DNA of 64,000 nucleotides. Source: a virus (Duplodnaviria; Caudoviricetes). The stretch covers positions 32,001 through 96,000 of IMG/VR virus record IMGVR_UViG_3300020577_010124. The stretch is one strand, 5' to 3'. The notes under the pieces are model-generated. The model did no database searches, was not told where the DNA came from, and saw only the letters and a list, made by a program, of their open reading frames with translations. Numbering within the stretch: position 1 is the first letter of the stretch; every line of letters begins with the position of its first letter. Below, piece after piece: positions 57,729 to 64,000 of this stretch. The position numbers and the translations under genes were made by a program.

Positions 57729-60700
57729 ATGGCTATTACCATCACAAAAGTTAGAGTAAATAACAAAGTCGCCGACTCAGGCGGTGCTGTTACTGTTCCA
57801 TTTGATTCACCAATCATAACATGGGATATCAATACAACTTCTCCTGCGATCAAGCAGCTTTCTTATGAAATAAGAATAGCTAAAAATACTGTCAACTGGG
57901 GAACAGCCTCTTTTATCTCAGACGTTATTCGTCAGCCCTATGCCCGAGATAGAGCGCAATATTGGCGCGTAAAGAACAAACTTATTCAAAGAGGTCAGAT
58001 TTATTACGGGCAGATTCGAGCTAAAGACACCACGGGCGAAGAAAGCGAATGGGTTCAGTTTAGCTTTATGGTCAATAGACTTCCGTTTATTACTTCAATA
58101 AGCATATCTCCTAATCAACCCTCTGAAACAACAGATCTTGAATTGAATGTAGGCGCAAGCTCTGAAGAAGCTTCGATTAGAATAAAGTGGTTCCGTAATG
58201 GAGTCCATTTTACGCAGTTCGATAACTACCAAAAAATCTCAAGAGAATATCTGAGATACGGAGACGTTTGGTATGCAGACGCAACTCCTGACGACGGAAT
58301 TGAACTTGGTCCAACCGTAACAGCAAGAGCCGTTACTATTTCCAAGCTAGCTCCTGTTGCAGATAGTTTGCAGGTATTGCCTCTAAATCCTAATGTCAAT
58401 GATATTCTAGAAGCAAGTTATCTTATCAATGATCCAAATACAGGAACTATTCTTCTTGAAGATAAAAGTCTTATTAAGTGGTACATCAATAACGAAATCA
58501 TAACTCAGGCTAATAATGAGAAGTTTGTTCGTTTTGCTCTAAAGCCTAATGACCAAGTGTATTTCACTATTACTCCTAGCGACGGGATATTCGTTGGTAA
58601 TACAATAGCTTCTAGAACAGTAACTATACAAGAAGCTGGTTTCCGAACCGTCAATGTAAGAGTTGATGGTCTTACCGAAAACCTAAGCGTTAATGGCGTA
58701 AATCCAACGATTGAGTGGGACGTTATTCAGCCATTTAATAAGAGCAGCCGATACGCTAAGATTTCCGTAGGTACAGCCCCAGGTTCAAACAATAGCTTTG
58801 AAACCATTACCGAAACATTTGATAACAAGTTTACTATACCTAACAACGTTGTTAGAAGAGGAACTGATTACTATGTTTCTGTTGCCTCAAGCGACAGTCA
58901 AGATGTTTTCAATAATCCTGAAACAAGTCGTTTCCGAGTGGCTGGAAATCTTTGGGAAAAAGAAGTAAGTAATAGCAAGGGTTGGACGGTTGAGTTTTCT
59001 CTGAGCGTCCAAGGAGAAACGGGATATCAACGCTTCTCCATCGCTGACGGTACCGCATTTGCGGAGATTCGCTTCTATACTAATAAAGTTCAGTTGTTGC
59101 TAGGCAAAAGCAATATAAAGACCTTTGATCTAGATATGACTGTCCCTCACAATATTATCGTTGTAGGAAAGAACAGCGATATTCGAGTGTTTGCAGAAAA
59201 CTCTTTGATTCTTGATGGTTCAACATTCTTTACAGAAAGCGCTACAGATAGATTCATTGAAATAGGATCGAATGCTGATTCAACTGTTACAGGATTCGTA
59301 AAGAGAATTGTCTATAATGTTGATTCAGATTATCCGCCTGGGTCTTCTGCATATTCAAACATAAGACTAGAAAAGTTTGTAGATTTGGTAGGCCTTGGCG
59401 TATCAGATATAGCAGAGCATGAAGGAAATGTTCTTGTCGCTGCTAATCCACTGAATCCTTCCGAAAGCGGTCAGATATTCAAGATAGTAGAAACGGAACG
59501 TCCTGTTATTGCTTCAACAGAAAATGTTGATTCATTTGGGTTGAAAATCAATAATCTTTCTGTTTCGCCAGACGAGAAAATCCTATACATTGGTCATACT
59601 AAAGGCGCTAGTTCTTTTGAGAACTATTTTATACCCAAGTATGATAACAAATCTTTGTTCACGGTAGGCTTTGATCCAAAGCTCGATCTATGGGAGTTGG
59701 TCAAGACAACTCCATTCAATGCGACAAGCTACATAAGCGAAGGGCTTGTTATTGATACTACCATTGCTAATAGACAAACATCAGATTTTAGCAACATTGC
59801 AGTTGTTACTTCAACGGTAGCAGCAATCAATTTTATATCTCTGTATGATTCGATATTTAGCTATGATTTTGATATTGAAATAACCAGTAGCGATGTTCTA
59901 AATATTTATCTCAAGGATACAGAGACTAAGGCATATTCCACAAGTCTTAAGAGCAAAAGTCTAAACCAAGTTGTTGAAGAACTTCAGTCGCTTACTGAAT
60001 CAGATAACTATTTCTTCGCTTTGTTTTATGATATATTCGTTGTTAACAATGTTGGCACGCAAGCAGCAGACAGATTGAACGATGTCTCTAAGAGAGGTTT
60101 GTTTCCAAGTCAAGAGTTGAAGGGTTTGTATGAGATTACTGATCCATATAATCCAAATCCATACGGAACTCTTTCTACTGGAAAGTGGTTCTATTCTCAT
60201 AGAAAGAATGGAACGCCGTGGTTTGAGCGAGTAGATAACGATAAAGGTTGGACAGTCGATTTTGATTTCCGTATTGACACGATTGAGGATAGCGACACTC
60301 CTGCGAATACAGACCGACCAAAAGGCTTGGGCCTTTATGTCAACGATGGTAAATGCGCAGAGAATCTTTGGTTCTTGCCTCAAGAGATTATGTTTGAAAG
60401 TTCAAACAAGTCATTTGTTTACGATACGACTTCTTTGACTAGCTATAGACTTATTGGAAAAAAGAACAAAGTAAGATTGTATGGTAAGAAATCTACAGAC
60501 AAGGCATATAATCTAATTGCTGAATCTCCAATATCAAGCGATGCAACGAATCAAGGAAACGCAGGCAGACCTTCGGTTGCTGTTGATTCAGATAACAACC
60601 TTCATGCTGTTTGGCATGACGACGGAAGAGGGAGAAATAGACGGCAAATCTATTATTCTAAGCATGATTCAGTAAACGGCTGGTCGCAACCAGAACTAAT

Positions 60701-63700
60701 AGTTTCTGACGAGTTTAGCGCCGCAAATCCTGATATCGCTATAAACTCTCTTAATCAGATTTGCGTTGTATATGAAACAACTCGCTCTGATTATACAGAT
60801 ATTTCTGTTATCACTAAGAATTCTGAGGGATGGTCTGAGCCTTATTTGCTGACATCTAATCTATATGATTCCTTTAATCCTAAAGTAACTATTGACTTTA
60901 GAAATAATACACATGTTATTTGGGAAGATTATAGAATTGATCAGCCTCAGATTTATTACTGTCGTCGCAATGCGGCTAACGGTCAATGGGAGAGCGCTGT
61001 ATTCGGCGGTTCTGATACTCAAATAACTTCAGAACCAGTTGGAGCAAAGCGACCTTCTATAACTACTCAAAACATGAACGTCTATGTTTCTTGGACTGCG
61101 TTCAAGCAAGACGGTTCAACGTCTATAAAGATGGCAATGTATGACGGTGGACAAAAAGCATGGAACTCTAGCGGCCAAGGCGGAATTGATTTTGACGTTT
61201 CAGGACTCAACTCGAATCGAGCAGATAACTCAGACATCATTATTGATCTTAAGGGTCAAGTAGTTGTTGTATGGAACGACATTGTTGGATTCAACTATCA
61301 GCTATTCAGCAGATTCGTAAACTCAAGACTGGTATTTGCTAGCAAGGTTCTACAGCTAACGACAGGTACGTTTGATTCTCGCCATGCTCGTTGCGGTTTG
61401 AATAGTTTGACTGGCGATATTTATGTTGTATTTGAAAAAGAGCAAGAAAAAATCATATCAACATATGATCCTTATTTTGTTCGAGAAAGCGATGTTGGCT
61501 TTAAGAGTCCGTCTGTCTACCTATTGAAATGGGACGCTCATAGACAAGTTTGGGAAAGTAGTAATCAAGACCGTCCAGGCAATATGTCTTTTAGCTTTGA
61601 CGTTGAGTTTGATTTTGGATTGCCTCGACAATCTTATAGACCAGTTATTTCGGATAAGTTTAGCGGTCCTCTTCATATATTGTTTGAAAGCTCCGTTGTA
61701 AGCCCTCAACAACAAGTAATCCTAAGCAAAGATGTATTTACTCAAATACGAGATATTGTTTATGATCTTGTTTTTGAACCAGTTTATAATGTTGCAAGTC
61801 ATACCACCTATGAAGACGGAGAGCTTTCTCTCGATGGTGGTTTGAGCAGAAAAGAAATACGCTTTGGAGACTTTTCAGATAATCTTTCGTGCAGAATGGT
61901 CATAGGAAGTCTAAGCTATTATCTTTCAGACGCAGTTGATCCATTCTACATAAATCTTGTTTCGTCTGCTACAACTAATATGCCAAATACGGAAGTCTTT
62001 GCTGTTGCATCAAATAACAACGGAGACGCTTGGCTAGGTACTCAGTTGGGACTGTTCTTTTATCAGAAAGAAAGTAATCAAGCATACTTGCTTGACTCCG
62101 ATCTTTACAACATAAAGGACATAGCCGTTTATGATATTTCTTTTGGCAACAAAGGCAATATGTACTTGGCTACTTCAAATGGGTTGTATGCAAGCTCTGA
62201 TCATACTTATTTCTTTAGGCTAACAGGCAACCTTCCGTCTAATCCTAAGTCAATAGATTTTGATAGCAACAACCAGCTATTTGTCGCAGCTAGCGACGGA
62301 CTTTACATTATAGACGTAAATTCCATTTCTAATAGACTAATCGTTACTAAAGAAATCGTTTCAAACACTGATCGAACTATCGCTATACCTGCTGGGGATA
62401 TCAAGAAGATAACTACAAATGAAGGTCTTCCAAGTAATACCACAAACGTAGTAAAAGTAGACGCAAACAACGTTGCTTGGGTTGGAACCGACAACGGGCT
62501 TGTTCGATATGGCTCGGGAGAAGTTAGCGTTTTCAACACCAAGAATGGTTTGAACTCTAATAAGGTTAATGATATAGCCATTAGAAATACAGCCATACGT
62601 TATATTGCTACTACGGCTGGTATAAACAAGATGACGGGCGTTTCTGTTTCTCCGCTTAATTTTGATAATGCAAACTCGCCACCAGCTTCTATAAATCAAG
62701 TTGGAACAGGCGATATTTTGATACCTGTCTTCAACAATACTAGAGCTATAAGATGGAAAGACCCAAATATTCTTTGGGTAGCATCTAACTATAACCTTTA
62801 TCAGATAACTTTCGTTGAAGAAGGTTTCACGACAGAGAAGACTGAGATCACTAAGTTCTCAAGCGGAGACTATACTCTAAGTCCTGTTGTTACAGAAAGA
62901 AATGATGATCTAAGAACTTTCCGATTGATTGGTTTGGAAAACAGAACTATCCCAAGAAATGCTTTGTTTGAAGTTTCAATTAATGGAAACAAGATTACAA
63001 GGGGATATAGATTCTCTCCTGATAAGCAGCTTATACGCTTTGACTACCCTCTTTCAGAATCAGACATTGTAAAAATCAATGTTCGTTTTGATATTGAGCG
63101 ACTTGGAGACTTTGCTCAGAATAAGGCTCAAAAAATCGCTATTGGCAATAAGACAACAACGATTGATAAGCTTATATCTGCAAGCGGAAGCATTTATGCT
63201 CTCACAGGTGGAGATATCAATACTCTTCAGATAAACGACGAAACAACAGATCTTCCATTCGATAGAATCATCCTCGACAAGACTCCGCCAAGAGGCAAAA
63301 TTCATATTGGAAACCGTAGAGAAAGAACAACCTTCGAGGTTACTGTTACTCCTCTAGAGGATGATCCTTATGGAGTGTTTGACGACACTTCTGGAATAGA
63401 TAAGATGTTCGTTTCTAATTTTACGAACTTCACAAGCGACGGAGAAACGCCGCTTGAGCCTATGGTCTTTACAAGATTCTTGCTTCATAACATAGGCGAT
63501 ATTTTTGATACTGTAACTAAGCAATATCAGTTCACTAGCGGAATCGGTAGAAGATTGTTGCAGTATGAGCCAGTCGGAGGAGATCCAGTTATGATAGCTG
63601 GAACTGCTCAGCCTGCAAATATGTACAAGTTCAATCCTATAACTCAAGTTTGGGAAAAGATTGATACTCTAGACGTAATAGGCGGAGTTGCAAACCCTAA

Positions 63701-64000
63701 TGCCTCGGTCGAATTTATTGTTCAGTTTCAAGGAAGAGTTTATGTAGGAACGGGCAGTCCTAACGGATCTGGAAAGATTTGGATAATGAATAATCAAACG
63801 TTCAAGTTTGATTTGTTGAGAACACTGCCTGTAAATACGCATGCCTATTGCGCTGTTGAGTTTGATGACGTTCTTTACTTCGGAGGAGGTGGAGGCGGAT
63901 ACGGCGCTCTTTATTCCTATGACGGAACGACTACCAAAGAAGTCTTCAAGAACGTTAGCGGAGCAATCTACTCTCTTGTTGAATCAAACAGAGAGCTATA
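57729..64000 (+). CDS. giant virion protein (>2090 aa, runs off the window) with Ig-like, lectin-like and propeller domains
   Basis: ATG at 57729 directly after TAA 57726-57728 (MAITITKVRVNNKVADSGG...). Frame checked at 62409 (ITTNEGLPSN) and at the window end (...GAIYSLVESNREL). Absent from the ORF track, consistent with no stop inside the window. Confidence 0.88.
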   Translation, partial: MAITITKVRVNNKVADSGGAVTVPFDSPIITWDINTTSPAIKQLSYEIRIAKNTVNWGTASFISDVIRQPYARDRAQYWRVKNKLIQRGQIYYGQIRAKDTTGEESEWVQFSFMVNRLPFITSISISPNQPSETTDLELNVGASSEEASIRIKWFRNGVHFTQFDNYQKISREYLRYGDVWYADATPDDGIELGPTVTARAVTISKLAPVADSLQVLPLNPNVNDILEASYLINDPNTGTILLEDKSLIKWYINNEIITQANNEKFVRFALKPNDQVYFTITPSDGIFVGNTIASRTVTIQEAGFRTVNVRVDGLTENLSVNGVNPTIEWDVIQPFNKSSRYAKISVGTAPGSNNSFETITETFDNKFTIPNNVVRRGTDYYVSVASSDSQDVFNNPETSRFRVAGNLWEKEVSNSKGWTVEFSLSVQGETGYQRFSIADGTAFAEIRFYTNKVQLLLGKSNIKTFDLDMTVPHNIIVVGKNSDIRVFAENSLILDGSTFFTESATDRFIEIGSNADSTVTGFVKRIVYNVDSDYPPGSSAYSNIRLEKFVDLVGLGVSDIAEHEGNVLVAANPLNPSESGQIFKIVETERPVIASTENVDSFGLKINNLSVSPDEKILYIGHTKGASSFENYFIPKYDNKSLFTVGFDPKLDLWELVKTTPFNATSYISEGLVIDTTIANRQTSDFSNIAVVTSTVAAINFISLYDSIFSYDFDIEITSSDVLNIYLKDTETKAYSTSLKSKSLNQVVEELQSLTESDNYFFALFYDIFVVNNVGTQAADRLNDVSKRGLFPSQELKGLYEITDPYNPNPYGTLSTGKWFYSHRKNGTPWFERVDNDKGWTVDFDFRIDTIEDSDTPANTDRPKGLGLYVNDGKCAENLWFLPQEIMFESSNKSFVYDTTSLTSYRLIGKKNKVRLYGKKSTDKAYNLIAESPISSDATNQGNAGRPSVAVDSDNNLHAVWHDDGRGRNRRQIYYSKHDSVNGWSQPELIVSDEFSAANPDIAINSLNQICVVYETTRSDYTDISVITKNSEGWSEPYLLTSNLYDSFNPKVTIDFRNNTHVIWEDYRIDQPQIYYCRRNAANGQWESAVFGGSDTQITSEPVGAKRPSITTQNMNVYVSWTAFKQDGSTSIKMAMYDGGQKAWNSSGQGGIDFDVSGLNSNRADNSDIIIDLKGQVVVVWNDIVGFNYQLFSRFVNSRLVFASKVLQLTTGTFDSRHARCGLNSLTGDIYVVFEKEQEKIISTYDPYFVRESDVGFKSPSVYLLKWDAHRQVWESSNQDRPGNMSFSFDVEFDFGLPRQSYRPVISDKFSGPLHILFESSVVSPQQQVILSKDVFTQIRDIVYDLVFEPVYNVASHTTYEDGELSLDGGLSRKEIRFGDFSDNLSCRMVIGSLSYYLSDAVDPFYINLVSSATTNMPNTEVFAVASNNNGDAWLGTQLGLFFYQKESNQAYLLDSDLYNIKDIAVYDISFGNKGNMYLATSNGLYASSDHTYFFRLTGNLPSNPKSIDFDSNNQLFVAASDGLYIIDVNSISNRLIVTKEIVSNTDRTIAIPAGDIKKITTNEGLPSNTTNVVKVDANNVAWVGTDNGLVRYGSGEVSVFNTKNGLNSNKVNDIAIRNTAIRYIATTAGINKMTGVSVSPLNFDNANSPPASINQVGTGDILIPVFNNTRAIRWKDPNILWVASNYNLYQITFVEEGFTTEKTEITKFSSGDYTLSPVVTERNDDLRTFRLIGLENRTIPRNALFEVSINGNKITRGYRFSPDKQLIRFDYPLSESDIVKINVRFDIERLGDFAQNKAQKIAIGNKTTTIDKLISASGSIYALTGGDINTLQINDETTDLPFDRIILDKTPPRGKIHIGNRRERTTFEVTVTPLEDDPYGVFDDTSGIDKMFVSNFTNFTSDGETPLEPMVFTRFLLHNIGDIFDTVTKQYQFTSGIGRRLLQYEPVGGDPVMIAGTAQPANMYKFNPITQVWEKIDTLDVIGGVANPNASVEFIVQFQGRVYVGTGSPNGSGKIWIMNNQTFKFDLLRTLPVNTHAYCAVEFDDVLYFGGGGGGYGALYSYDGTTTKEVFKNVSGAIYSLVESNREL

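Noticed and set aside
288-63647. The many short minus-strand and nested plus-strand ORFs in the track (e.g. 9968-10483, 26812-27096, 49135-49608, 60000-60383)
   Set aside because: They are shadows of long plus-strand genes with no recognisable motifs; 26812-27096 is antisense to the frameshift extension.
1-64000. Alternative genetic code (stop-codon reassignment), as in some huge phages
   Set aside because: Code 11 gives near-complete coding density with multi-kilobase ORFs, and TAA, TGA and TAG all end genes at sensible junctions.
31114-64000. Diversity-generating retroelement or invertible tail-fibre cassette
   Set aside because: No reverse transcriptase, recombinase, adenine-variant repeat pair or inverted gene segment was noticed by eye; a self-dotplot would be needed to exclude this fully.

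Overview
This window is a gene-dense, entirely plus-strand segment of a very large tailed phage genome in standard genetic code 11. It covers a glycan-synthesis locus followed by the virion morphogenesis region. Bases 1-5470 encode a compact NDP-L-rhamnose pathway (RmlB, a plant/giant-virus-type bifunctional NRS/ER epimerase-reductase, RmlA), a putative glycosyltransferase-methyltransferase fusion, a GT2 enzyme and a split GT9 enzyme. These sit directly upstream of a Ser/Gly SGFSGY-repeat fibre protein and other fibre genes. Next come a head-tail adaptor, phoH preceded by a three-way-junction RNA, an 1170-aa orphan, and a Zn-ribbon / coiled-coil / LAGLIDADG / actin-like ATPase block whose actin resembles haloarchaeal volactin. 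Neck proteins, a GT4, the tail tube, a tail chaperone with a clear -1 frameshift, a paralogous second chaperone, a moron-like membrane gene and the tape measure protein follow. The last ~33 kb encode very large tail-tip/adhesin proteins with a second GT4 among them, ending in a >2090-aa ORF (57729 to the window end) absent from the ORF track. The strongest candidate novel systems are a self-contained virion rhamnosylation/O-methylation pathway with a neighbouring Ser-rich acceptor, and a phage-encoded volactin-like cytoskeletal module. All family assignments come from motif recognition by eye; no database search was run.
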